Assembly: GCA_965223905.1 (NCBI GenBank) | Contig: CBDCXV010000010.1 | Coordinates: 352,001-416,000, forward strand | Source of the DNA: Candidatus Latescibacterota bacterium | Lineage (GTDB): Bacteria > Latescibacterota > UBA2968 > UBA8231 | Reading direction: 5' to 3' | Length of the DNA: 64,000 nucleotides | Shown: positions 31,730 to 41,284 of the stretch, one piece after another | Position numbering within the stretch: the first letter of the stretch is position 1 | Layout of the letters: each line of letters starts with the position of its first letter | Position numbers and translations under genes: made by a program | Notes under the pieces: model-generated | Database searches by the model: none | What the model was told of the DNA's origin: nothing | The model's input: the letters and a program-made list of their open reading frames with translations, nothing else

Positions 31730-32131
31730 ATGCGCTACGTATCCTTCATCCACCGGGACGACGCCGGCTACGGGGTCAGCTTCCCGGACTTCCCGGGTTG
31801 CGTCTCGGTCGGCGACACGGTTGACGACGCCGTCAGGCAAGGCGGCGAAGCCCTCGCGTTCCACGTTGAGGGGCTCCGCGACGACGGCGAGCCGATTCCC
31901 GCGCCCCGCTCGATCGACGCCATCAAGGCCGACCCGGACCTCGCCGAGTGGCGGCGCGGCGCCGACTTCGTGCTGATCCCGCTCCTCCTGGACCGCGGAT
32001 CCTCGCGGCGGGTCAATATCTCCCTTGACCGCGGCCTGCTCGACGCCATCGACGACGAGGCCAGGCAGCGCCGCATGACCCGGTCGGCCTTCCTGGCGAC
32101 GGCCGCCCGGCACGAGATCGAGGGCACGTGA
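31730..32131 (+). CDS. hicB: HicB-family antitoxin
   Basis: YGVSFPDFPGC...RVNISLD...TRSAFL. Confidence 0.93.
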   Translation: MRYVSFIHRDDAGYGVSFPDFPGCVSVGDTVDDAVRQGGEALAFHVEGLRDDGEPIPAPRSIDAIKADPDLAEWRRGADFVLIPLLLDRGSSRRVNISLDRGLLDAIDDEARQRRMTRSAFLATAARHEIEGT

Positions 32132-33067
32132 CCGGAGGCGACGGAGAAGGCACGAACGCAGACCAAGAGCGGGACCCGGGACGGGTGTTCGGGTGAGCCG
32201 GTGAAGGACCCGTACTGGTGATGGTTGTGCGCCCAGAGGAAACTGAGGCGAGATACGGCGTGCCGGTTCTCGAGAGAGAACGGTCCTGGCGCGAAGAACG
32301 ATGAAGGAGGCGTGGCATCTGTACGAGGCGGTGATCGGCAACACCCGCCTGTGGTTCAAGCTACAGGCTTCGTGTTCTTCTAGGACGCCGGCGGCGTTCT
32401 TCGAGTACCGGTTCACGGGGGCCGAGTACACTCCGGTGAATGGAGACCGTCCGGTGACCCCTTTCAGGTTGTCGGAACGTTGCCAGCACATTGCCAACCG
32501 GTCGGCAATTGTCGACCAGCTCCCCCATCAAGACGCGAAACGTTAGGTACGAGAATTACATCCGCGAGATGGAGGAGCGGATCGCCGAGCGCGACGAGCA
32601 GGTGCGGGAGGAGAGACGCCGGAGAGCGCAACGACCCGCGACTGGGGGCTCGATTCCGGCGGGGTCCAACGGACCGCGGGCTAGGCAGCCGGACCCAGCC
32701 AAGACGCTGGCCCGAGCGCTCCGTCGGGTCAACGGGCTGATCGGCCAGGGCTTCTACTGCTCGATCCACGGTCGTCACCACCGCTACGGCGAGCAGGCCA
32801 AGCGGAAGACCGTGGCGAGCCTTACCGAGACGATGGCGCAGATCTCGAGTTGGTGGCCGGCGGATCGCGAGTTGGCGATGTCGCGGATGGACGACATCGC
32901 GGCACACTGGTTGCAGGTGAATCAGTCACAAGAGTGCGCGCAGCGGTCGGTGTGGGGCGATGGGGACATCCCTGACGTCCTTTACAAGTACATCCCCAGG
33001 GAACGGATAGGCGGACGGGGCGCCGGATACCCTGCGTGCGACACAGCTGCTGGCCCTGAACGACGAC

Positions 33068-33853
33068 ATGGAATGCAACGTCGTCGCGATGAAGGGCGGC
33101 GAGGAAGCCGCCCTCGAGTTCCTGCGGTCGGTGCAATCCAAGGTGAAGGAGCATCTGGGCGTCGACGTGCCGTGGGAGGACCTCCTGGTGCGGTGGCAGT
33201 TGTACGCCGATGTCAGGCTATCCACATACGTGCAGGAGTACTTGAACACCCGGTTGGGCGTTGTCTCGTTCAGCACCGACATACTGGTCCCGACGATGTG
33301 GGCGCACTACGCCCGGAACACGGGGATAGTGGTGGGTTACGACAGGGACGCGTTGAAGGCACTCGGGTTCGAGTTGAGGCCCGTGCTCTATTCGGAAATA
33401 GCCCCCGTCTGGGAACCGAGGGAAGGGGAGGACATCCGGCTCGATTTCGTCAACCGCGAGGACGTGGAACGGGAGCTGCGGTCGGGCCGGGATCGGGAAG
33501 GCTGGCCCATCCTCACGCGCACACAGCTCGCCACGTTCGGGGGGTATTGGAAGCTGCTGTCCCGACTACTGTTCGTGAAAGGCATGAGCTGGGCGTACGA
33601 GAAGGAAGTCAGGTTGCTGGTGGACCTCGAGCAGGCGCGCGACACCGGCAAGGTCCGCGATGGCTGGCCCGTCAAGGTGATCCAACCTCCGCGGGAGGCG
33701 ATAAGGGAAGTCTACGGCAGTACCAACACAAGGGAGGAGGACCTCGAACAGGCCGTTCAGGTGGCCCGCGGCGAACGCAAGGATGGGCTATTCGTCGGGC
33801 ATGTGTCGGGCCACGCTTTTCGCATGCAGAAAACCGGCGGGACTCGCTATTGA
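33068..33853 (+). CDS. DUF2971-like protein; probably extends upstream to ~32500 across a frameshift near 33012
   Basis: LYKY...LND upstream; MWAHYA and K..SWAYEKEVR motifs. Confidence 0.7.
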   Translation: MECNVVAMKGGEEAALEFLRSVQSKVKEHLGVDVPWEDLLVRWQLYADVRLSTYVQEYLNTRLGVVSFSTDILVPTMWAHYARNTGIVVGYDRDALKALGFELRPVLYSEIAPVWEPREGEDIRLDFVNREDVERELRSGRDREGWPILTRTQLATFGGYWKLLSRLLFVKGMSWAYEKEVRLLVDLEQARDTGKVRDGWPVKVIQPPREAIREVYGSTNTREEDLEQAVQVARGERKDGLFVGHVSGHAFRMQKTGGTRY

Positions 33854-33971
33854 GTGGTGTGTCACGTTGGATTATCTGAACGGGCTTGGTGGCGAGGCAG
33901 GTCTGATCCGTACCCATTCACGGGGGCCGGAGAGTGGGAGTCGATGCGCGACGCTCACGTTGTGGGAGGCA

Positions 33972-34068
33972 TTTCGGGTTCGCGGCGACGGTACCCGCGT
34001 GGGCGGACAGGTGTGGCCGGCATGGTGCCGGTCCAACAGCAATGGGCGGACCACCCGTGCTCACGTCC
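33972..34068 (-). mobile_element. Piece 9: transposase 5' end and ter-side leader
   Basis: Matches 8386-8482 with a few substitutions. Confidence 0.85.
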
Positions 34069-34174
34069 CTTGTATTCCGGGACTTGCTCTATGACTGGGG
34101 GGGGGTCAGCGCACGGGAGTGTGAAGATTTTCACCCGCCTCAGGTACGCCCCGCCACGGCTGGGCGCCGCATCC

Positions 34175-35224
34175 TTACCCTTTGCGTCCCGTAATGAAGA
34201 GGCTGGATGACCGCTCCTCCCCCGGATGCGGGGGAGGCAGGGATTCGTCCCTTATCCGCCGCCAGATCCAGCCGAGGGTCATGACGTCGGGGCCGCCCCC
34301 GACGCGGCGGTTCGGCACAGCCTTGACCCGGCCGTCCCGCAGCTCCCCGACCACGAAGCGGAACACGTACGCCGGCTCGAACCCCATGCGCAGGTCGGCC
34401 ATCTGGATTTCGCTGCCGATCAGGCGCACCCCGTAGAATCCCTTGGTGACTCGCTTCAGGTCGGCTACCGGCTCCTCCTCGGCCATGGCCTCGAGCAGTC
34501 TCCGGTCGTCCGGGTAGCGGGTGAAGCGGACGCGCTCCGAATCGTCGAGGAGGGAGTAGTAGCCGATGCGATAGCCGTCGCTGTCCATCGCCACGACGCG
34601 CCAGAGCAGGATGTTGAAGGGAGTGGCCCCGGAGGTGAAGGCCCCCGCTTCGGGATCCCCACGCAGGGTTTCGCGCACGGCCCCGTCGACGTGAAGCTTG
34701 GCGGCAATGCTGAGGAGGAGGTAGCCGGAGCTGAGCAACAGACCCATGCGGTTCCAGCGCGCCCCTCTCTCTCCTCCCGACGCAATCGCCGCGATCACAC
34801 CGGCGAGCAGCGGCAGGCTGTAGAGGGGATCGAGGATGAACAGGGTCGACCAGGCGGTCGGCGCCACCGGCAGCGGCCAGAGCAGCTGCGTGCTGTACGC
34901 GGTGAAACCGTCGAGCAGGGCGTGCGTCGCCAGGCAGAGGAAGGCCAGCAGCCAGCGGCGGAGGCGGAAGGGCAGGATCGCCGACTGCACCCGCCCCATT
35001 ACCCAGGCGATGGCCGGGGTCGCCGCGGCGTGCAGGAGCAGCGAGTGAGTGGGGCCGCGATGGTGGGTGAAATCGGCGACGTCGTCCCCGAGGGGCACGA
35101 ACACGTCGAGGTCCGGGATCGTGCCGAGAACGGCGCCCCATACCAGGGCCTTGCGGCCCGCCTGCCGCCCCAGAACCCCGTACCCGACCGCGGCGCCGAG
35201 GGCCGCCTGGGTCAGCGAATCCAC
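34175..35224 (-). CDS. Membrane-bound metal-dependent hydrolase (YdjM-like)
   Basis: MDSLTQ, PDLD, HRGPTHS and THALLD motifs. Confidence 0.88.
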   Translation of the reverse strand: MDSLTQAALGAAVGYGVLGRQAGRKALVWGAVLGTIPDLDVFVPLGDDVADFTHHRGPTHSLLLHAAATPAIAWVMGRVQSAILPFRLRRWLLAFLCLATHALLDGFTAYSTQLLWPLPVAPTAWSTLFILDPLYSLPLLAGVIAAIASGGERGARWNRMGLLLSSGYLLLSIAAKLHVDGAVRETLRGDPEAGAFTSGATPFNILLWRVVAMDSDGYRIGYYSLLDDSERVRFTRYPDDRRLLEAMAEEEPVADLKRVTKGFYGVRLIGSEIQMADLRMGFEPAYVFRFVVGELRDGRVKAVPNRRVGGGPDVMTLGWIWRRIRDESLPPPHPGEERSSSLFITGRKG

Positions 35225-35239
35225 CTGGATTCTCCTGTG

Positions 35240-36349
35240 CTACGCCGAGATGTCCGGGGGACCGCTGTAGCCGATGCTCTCCCAGCCGGCCTGGTCGCCG
35301 CCGTAGAGCCGGTAGGGGTGCGGGTAGAGCTTGAGCGAGCGGTCCTCGAGAGGCAGCTCGATGCGCTCCCCCCCGCGGGCCGCCGAGTGGGTCAGGGCGA
35401 TGGCTATTTCGAAGGCGCGCAGGTAGTCGGCGCCGCTGCAGGGAAACTCGCTGCTCCCCGCATCGCAGGCGGCGACGAGCCGGTCGACGGCGTGGCGGAT
35501 CATGTGCATGGCCCCGGGAGACTGCGGCGGTCCGTCGAGAAACCCGGGAAAGACCGGGCTCGCTTCGGCCCCGGTTCCCAGCACCATCACCGGCCGCGGC
35601 CGCGAGATCCAGACGCGGCCGTTCTCGCCGCTGACCGAGAGGATGCAACCGCCGCGCCCGAGCTGGGGGTCGAGCACCTCGCAGACGGCGCCCCCGGCAA
35701 GTCCGAGCCTGCCGTACGCGGGCCGGTCGATCTCGGTGTCGCTCTCGGCCTCGGCGGCGACAAAGGTCGGCTCCGGGGGATGGGTGGCCCCTTCGACCCA
35801 CTCCACCGACAGGCCGGTGACGAAGCGCATCATGGCCAGGGTGTGGCAGCCGCCGCCGGAGACCTCGGTGGGCAACCCGCCCGGGATGGCGGCCGCTGTC
35901 ACCTTTCCGAGGTGGCCCTCCCGCAGCCAGGCGACGGTCTCGGGCAGAAACGGCTCCCCCCAGTGGGCGGTGCCGCAGCCGAAAGCGGTGCCGCGCTCTC
36001 GGCAGATCCTCACGGTCTCGTCGGCGCGGGACAGCTGGTAATCGATCGGCTTCTCGCAGGACACCGCCCTGACCCCGGCCTCGGCGCAGGCGACGACGGT
36101 GTCGTGTATCCAGGCGACGGGGATGCTGGCGGTGACGATGTCGGGTACCTCGTCGGCCAGCAGCTCCTCGATGGAGTCGCAGGTGCGGGGGATTCCGTAA
36201 TGCTCTGCGAACCGCTGCCGTCTCTCCCGGGCCCTGTCGACGAGGGCGACGATCTCGCACTGCGGATGCTCGGCGCAGGCCCGGGTGTAGTAGCGGCCCC
36301 AGGTGCCGGCGCCGCCGACCACGGCGACGCGGTACTTCTTCGCTTCCAT
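35240..36349 (-). CDS. Gfo/Idh/MocA oxidoreductase
   Basis: YRVAVVGGAG and SCEKP; paralog of 3053-4206. Confidence 0.88.
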   Translation of the reverse strand: MEAKKYRVAVVGGAGTWGRYYTRACAEHPQCEIVALVDRARERRQRFAEHYGIPRTCDSIEELLADEVPDIVTASIPVAWIHDTVVACAEAGVRAVSCEKPIDYQLSRADETVRICRERGTAFGCGTAHWGEPFLPETVAWLREGHLGKVTAAAIPGGLPTEVSGGGCHTLAMMRFVTGLSVEWVEGATHPPEPTFVAAEAESDTEIDRPAYGRLGLAGGAVCEVLDPQLGRGGCILSVSGENGRVWISRPRPVMVLGTGAEASPVFPGFLDGPPQSPGAMHMIRHAVDRLVAACDAGSSEFPCSGADYLRAFEIAIALTHSAARGGERIELPLEDRSLKLYPHPYRLYGGDQAGWESIGYSGPPDISA

Positions 36350-36514
36350 GCCGCTTCTTCCCGTCTCAGGTCGAACTGCTTATCCTCGCGGCTGCATTGT
36401 ACGGCACGGCTCGCTGCGATCAACCCCGGTGTGGCGGTGCCGGAAAACCCGGCGGCCACCGCCTCCGAGCCTGCCGGCCGCCCGTTGCCTTTGCATGGCC
36501 AGGAGACCGAAAGC

Positions 36515-37596
36515 ATGAGAGCTGTCAGGGTGGGATTCATCGGCATCGGCCACATCGCCTCGCGGGCCCACCTTCCGGCGCTCGCGCCGCTGGTCGAGAG
36601 CGGGGAGGTCGTTCTGCAGGCGTTCTGCGACATCGACCCCGAGGCCCTGCAGAAACGCGCCGCAGAGTACGGCCCCGCGGCGACCTACGGAGACTACCGG
36701 CATATGCTCGACCGCGAGGAGCTCGACGCTGTCTACGTCTGCCCGGCCCCTACCCGGCACACCGGCGAGGTGAGGGAGGCCGCCGAAAGGGGGATTCACC
36801 TGTTCGTCGAGAAACCGGTCAGCTTCGACGCCGCCGAGGCGGTGGAGACCGCCGCGGTCATCGCGCGCGCCGGCATCGTCAGCCAGGTCGGCTTCCAGTT
36901 CCGCTACCACCCCTCGTCGGAGGCGGCCCGGCAGCTCCTGCGGCAGCGAACCTCCCGGCACGCCTCGATCCAGATGTTCTACTCCGGAAAGCCGCTGCGC
37001 TGGTGGACGAGCCGCTACGAGGAGTGCGGCGGCTCTTTCGTCGAGAACACCATCCACATGGTCGACCTGCTGCGCTACCTGCTCGGCGACATCACCGACG
37101 TCTCCGCCTTCTACCAGTGGCGCCGGCCCGGCGAGGGTCCCGAGCCGATGAACCTGCCGCACGTGTACACCGCCAACTTCCGCTTCGCTTCCGGCCTGCT
37201 CGCCAACGCCTCGACGGCGAGGTGCTGTACGACGGCGACTCCGGCCCCGGCCGCCGCGCCCTGACAGTCGTCGGCGACGACTCGATCGTCGAGTGGAGCA
37301 GCGACAGGGTGGTCGAGAACGGAACCGCGGTCTTCGAGGACGAGGAGGCGGCCAGGGGCGGCCGGAACTGCCAGGCGCTGCAGGCGCGCGCCTTCATCGC
37401 CGCGGTCAGGGCCGAAGACCCGACGGCGACGCGGTCGCCCTACCCGGCCAGCGTCAACAGCCTCGCCGCGGTGCTGGGGGCGAACTGCTCGGCCGAGCGG
37501 GACGGAGAGAGGTTGAGCCTCGACGACGTCGCCGCCGGCAGGGTCTCATGGAACCGGCGCGCCGCCGCGGGTCAGGGGATACCGCCCCTGGAATGA
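36515..37596 (+). CDS. Gfo/Idh/MocA oxidoreductase, frameshift near 37215
   Basis: VGFIGIGHIA, FVEKP and ENTIHMVD motifs. Confidence 0.8.
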
Positions 37597-37695
37597 TCCG
37601 GCCCCGGCGCATGGCACTCGTTGTTTTTCCACCGCTGAACGCCGTATTGTTTCGATCGCGTCACGCCCCCAGACCTTGAGCAAAAAGGAGCACCC

Positions 37696-38571
37696 ATGCT
37701 GACACAGGAACAGGTCGAAGCCTACCACGCCCGGGGCTACATCAGCGTGGAAGGGGTTTTCCCGGACACGGAGATCGAGGAGCTCAGGCGGGTAACCGAG
37801 GAATTCGTCGAGCGCTCCCGGCAGGTTACGGAGAACGACGAGGACTTCGACCTCGAGCCCGGGCACAGCGCCGCGTCCCCGCGCCTGCGGCGGCTCAAGC
37901 ATCCCGAGGAGCTGCACCCGGCGTACGACCGCATCTTCCGCGACAGCCGCATTCTCGACAAGGTCGCGCAGCTGATCGGCCCGGACATCCGTCACTTCAG
38001 CGGCAAGCTCAACATGAAGTCGGCCGGGTTCGGCAGCCCGGTCGAGTGGCACCAGGACTACGCCTTCTGCGCGCGCACCAACGAGGACATCCTGGCCGTG
38101 GGAGTGGCCATCGACGACATGAGCCTGGAGAACGGCTGCCTGCTGGTCGTCCCCGGATCGCACCGGGGGCCGATCTACAACCACTACCAGGAGGAGTTCT
38201 TCGTCGGGGCCGTCACCGATCGCGACTTCGGCGCGGAAAACGCGGTTCCGGTCGAGGTGAAGGCGGGCGGGATCACCATCCACCACGGCACCATGCTGCA
38301 CGCCTCGGCACCCAACACCTCCCAGACCCGGCCGCGCCGTCTCTACCTGCTGCAGTACTGCGCCGCCGATGCCTGGCCCATCAAGAACCCGCCTGAGGAC
38401 ATGGCCGCGTTCGACGCCTGCATCATCAGGGGGAAGCCGGTCGCCAAGCCGCGGCGCACCGACGTTCCCGCGGTTCCCGCGCCGGCTGTCATCCGCCCGG
38501 GACGCAGCGGCTCCATCTACGAGAGCCAGACCCAGCTGAACCGCCCGATGGTGGTCGCCGGGGACCGCTGA
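37696..38571 (+). CDS. Phytanoyl-CoA dioxygenase (PhyH) family protein
   Basis: WHQD, NGCL..VPGSH and LHAS..N..R motifs. Confidence 0.92.
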   Translation: MLTQEQVEAYHARGYISVEGVFPDTEIEELRRVTEEFVERSRQVTENDEDFDLEPGHSAASPRLRRLKHPEELHPAYDRIFRDSRILDKVAQLIGPDIRHFSGKLNMKSAGFGSPVEWHQDYAFCARTNEDILAVGVAIDDMSLENGCLLVVPGSHRGPIYNHYQEEFFVGAVTDRDFGAENAVPVEVKAGGITIHHGTMLHASAPNTSQTRPRRLYLLQYCAADAWPIKNPPEDMAAFDACIIRGKPVAKPRRTDVPAVPAPAVIRPGRSGSIYESQTQLNRPMVVAGDR

Positions 38572-38681
38572 CAGCGGGGGATCCAGGACCAGAGCTGCGC
38601 GCAGTTCCGAGTGAATTCCGTCGACTCCGCAGAACCAACAACGAAAAAGAGAAGAAAAAACACTCAATCAAATCGTTGAAC

Positions 38682-38732
38682 CCCCGGGTGCACCCGGGGA
38701 TGTTGACAGGCGCTTCCCAAGGAGGCTATCCT
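38682..38732 (+). promoter_or_regulatory. Candidate sigma70 promoter preceded by an 18-bp palindrome
   Basis: CCCCGGGTGCACCCGGGG (38682-38699), TTGACA (38703), 18 bp, TATCCT. Confidence 0.4.
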
Positions 38733-38956
38733 TTCTCAAAATTGCGCTCTTTTGCACGGGAGAACGGGCGCTCTTTTACTTGCGCGTCTCCAACCTATAA
38801 GCTGTCCGGGAGATCCCGGCAGCGTGTCGCCTAAAATCGCATTACAAGACGATGCGCCAATCGAGGAGATATCCGACGGTATTGGGATATCCTGAACCTG
38901 CCTGAACGGACAAAGGGGAGTTGAACGGATCACAGAAAAGTTGGAGGAATGGCATC

Positions 38957-39997
38957 ATGAAAATATTGAAAGCACTTGTACTAGCCCTGATGGCACTTCT
39001 TATACTTACACGATCGGAAGGCTTTGCCAGCGCGGAGTGGATTGAAGTTGACGCATCTGGCAACATACCGGAGGGAAGTATAGTGGTAGGGTGTGATGAC
39101 GGATCGAGCAGGGACATGTGCGCGACCCCTGTGTACGTGTGTCGTGGTATGATTGAGGGCACATCATTCACAGGAAAAACAGGGCAAGGATGGGGATTCT
39201 GTAATATTGAACGGGACGGCCAGGAGCACCAAGTCACTCCACATTTCGTTTTGCATGGCAGGGTGAATGGTTATGCGCAGGCAGAAGCAGGCGGGACTAT
39301 CACTGCAGACAAGCAAGGTTTGTTCACTCAGGAACAACTGGAGGCGGCCGTCGCTGCGGGCAAGCAAGGCTTGTTCACTCAGGAACAACTGGAGGCGGCC
39401 GTCGCTGCGGGTAAGCAAGGCTTGGGTACTCATGCCCTACTTCACGAGACGCGTGCAGAGCGTCCTCCAGGTGGGCAATTTTGTAGTAGAAATTGCCGCG
39501 AAGCCGGTAGATTACTGTGCCCCCAACCCCATCTATCTGACATCTGTCACGGGGTTTCGGCAATTATTATGTATTCTCGTCAGGGCTCTGAGAACGCAGA
39601 GGATATTGTGCAGGCCTGGAGCTTAAAGGAGCCCTCCAAGCGCCGTAGATTGGAATCGACCTGTAAAGATGCAGGCGTGCCGTTACCGGAGAGCGGGGCT
39701 ACCACTGCAGGCAAGCAAGGTTTGGGTACTCATGCACTACTTCACGAGACGCGTGCCGAGCGTCCTCCAGGGCAATTTTGTAGTAGAAATTGCCGGGAAG
39801 CCGGCAGATTACAGTGCCCCCAACACCATCTATCTGACATCTGTCACGGGGTTTCGGCTATTATTACGTATTCTCGTCAGGGCTCTGAGAACGCAGAGGA
39901 TATTGTGCAGGCCTGGAGCTTAAAGGAGCCCTCCAAGCGCCGTAGATTGGAATCGACCTGTAAAGACGCAGGTGTGCCGTTACCGGAGATCCGCTGA
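38957..39997 (+). CDS. Secreted protein: DM9/DUF3421-like domain, 2x17-aa repeats and 2x ~95-aa Cys-rich repeats
   Basis: Signal peptide; W...GNIPEGSIVVG...VYVCRG...GK...CNI; DNA repeats 39310-39360/39361-39411 and 39412-39691/39712-39988. Confidence 0.75.
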   Translation: MKILKALVLALMALLILTRSEGFASAEWIEVDASGNIPEGSIVVGCDDGSSRDMCATPVYVCRGMIEGTSFTGKTGQGWGFCNIERDGQEHQVTPHFVLHGRVNGYAQAEAGGTITADKQGLFTQEQLEAAVAAGKQGLFTQEQLEAAVAAGKQGLGTHALLHETRAERPPGGQFCSRNCREAGRLLCPQPHLSDICHGVSAIIMYSRQGSENAEDIVQAWSLKEPSKRRRLESTCKDAGVPLPESGATTAGKQGLGTHALLHETRAERPPGQFCSRNCREAGRLQCPQHHLSDICHGVSAIITYSRQGSENAEDIVQAWSLKEPSKRRRLESTCKDAGVPLPEIR

Positions 39998-40262
39998 CAA
40001 TTAAAGTGACACCCAGCACGTAGAAGGGCGCACGCGTTGTGGCGAAGCGGTGTTCCTCCGGTTCTTGACCTTGGCCCGTTATATACGGCCCAGTCCATCC
40101 AGCCTGGCCCTTTGCCATCGGCATCATCGCTGGGCTTACCCCCAAAGCCGCATGCTGGGGGCTTCTTGCTCGTACCGGCGGAATTCAGTGCCTCCAAATT
40201 CCGTTCATGAAAAATACGGCGCGCCTCACCGCCCCTTCAGCGCGACATGGCTCTTTCCGCGG

Positions 40263-41030
40263 CTAGGCTTCGTAGATCACCGGGCTCATCCGAGGATCCT
40301 CCAGATGCGCGCTGTAAAAGCTCTGGTCGCCGGCTTTCGGTACGGCCCGTTCGTCGCGCATATGCACCGCCAGGCTGCAGCGCGGCGCCTCCGAGACGTT
40401 GGCGTTGGAGCCGTGGTAGGTCAGGCAGTGGTGGACGCTGAACCCTCCCGAGGGCATCAGGGCCGGGACTTCTTCCCAGGCCGCGCCCGCCGGCACCGCG
40501 ATGCCCTCCCGCAGCTTGCCCTGGTCCTTGTCGTAGAAATCCCCCTGATCCAGAAAGCCCCACCGATGCGATCCGCGCACGAATAGCATCGGCCCCGACT
40601 CCTCCTTCACCTCGCTCAGCGCGATCCAGGCCGTAAAAAGCCCCTCGTCATGCTGCCACACGTGCCAGTACTGGCGGTCTTGATGCCAGCCCACGTGACC
40701 CGCGGCCGCCGACCCCGGCGGCTTGATCAACAACTGGCTCGCCCACACCTGCACTCTCCGTGCGCCGGTGATCTCGGCCACCTTGCGGCCCACCTGCGGG
40801 CAAGTTGCCAGTCCACGCAGCCCGGTATCCGACCGATGAGGATTGTCGATCTTGCATAGCACGGCCGAATCATACCCGGGATGTTTGGTCGGCGGCAGCC
40901 CCGTATCGAACACCCCGTCGCGCACCGCCACCATCCTCTGCAAGGCCCTTTCCAGCACCTCGTCGGGGGCTATCCGTTCGTCCGCGATCCAATACCCGTC
41001 GCGCTCGTACTGCTCGATGGCTTGTCCCAT
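40263..41030 (-). CDS. PhyH family dioxygenase
   Basis: WHQD, GSHRWG and YHGS..N motifs. Confidence 0.92.
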   Translation of the reverse strand: MGQAIEQYERDGYWIADERIAPDEVLERALQRMVAVRDGVFDTGLPPTKHPGYDSAVLCKIDNPHRSDTGLRGLATCPQVGRKVAEITGARRVQVWASQLLIKPPGSAAAGHVGWHQDRQYWHVWQHDEGLFTAWIALSEVKEESGPMLFVRGSHRWGFLDQGDFYDKDQGKLREGIAVPAGAAWEEVPALMPSGGFSVHHCLTYHGSNANVSEAPRCSLAVHMRDERAVPKAGDQSFYSAHLEDPRMSPVIYEA

Positions 41031-41099
41031 GTGGATTCTCCCGAATTATCGCTGAAGGAACAGCAAGGCATTGACGCGATCATGCCCGGCGAGATGCCG

Positions 41100-41230
41100 T
41101 CAACGCAGCAACACGAGGCGGCGGGTCTGCCTGTCCTGCCCGGTGCTCAGGCGATAGAAGTACACCCCGCTGGACAGCGGCCGTCCCCGGTCGTCTGCTC
41201 CATCCCAGACCGCGTTGCGCGCCGCCGCCT
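41100..41230 (-). pseudogene. Orphan FlgD Ig-like C-terminal tail fragment
   Basis: VWDGADDRGRPLSSGVYFYRL...TRRLVLLR* with no matching upstream gene. Confidence 0.7.
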
Positions 41231-41284
41231 GCCCACTGCGAGGGGTTGCGTGCAGCCCATTACCCTCGCCTGCGGAGGGGCATG

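Noticed and set aside
1821-34068. Class 1-type integron or attC cassette array
   Set aside because: The repeats are transposase-derived and 100-1700 bp long, cargo genes are truncated and in both orientations, and no IntI is present.
34226-37264. 1012-aa plus-strand ORF
   Set aside because: Mostly antisense shadow of two minus-strand genes in GC-rich DNA; only the part from 36515 is credible.
39310-39411. CRISPR-like direct repeats
   Set aside because: Adjacent in-frame 51-bp coding repeats with no spacers and no cas genes.
39412-39988. Diversity-generating retroelement TR/VR pair
   Set aside because: No reverse transcriptase in the window, both repeats are in one ORF, and the differences are not confined to adenines.
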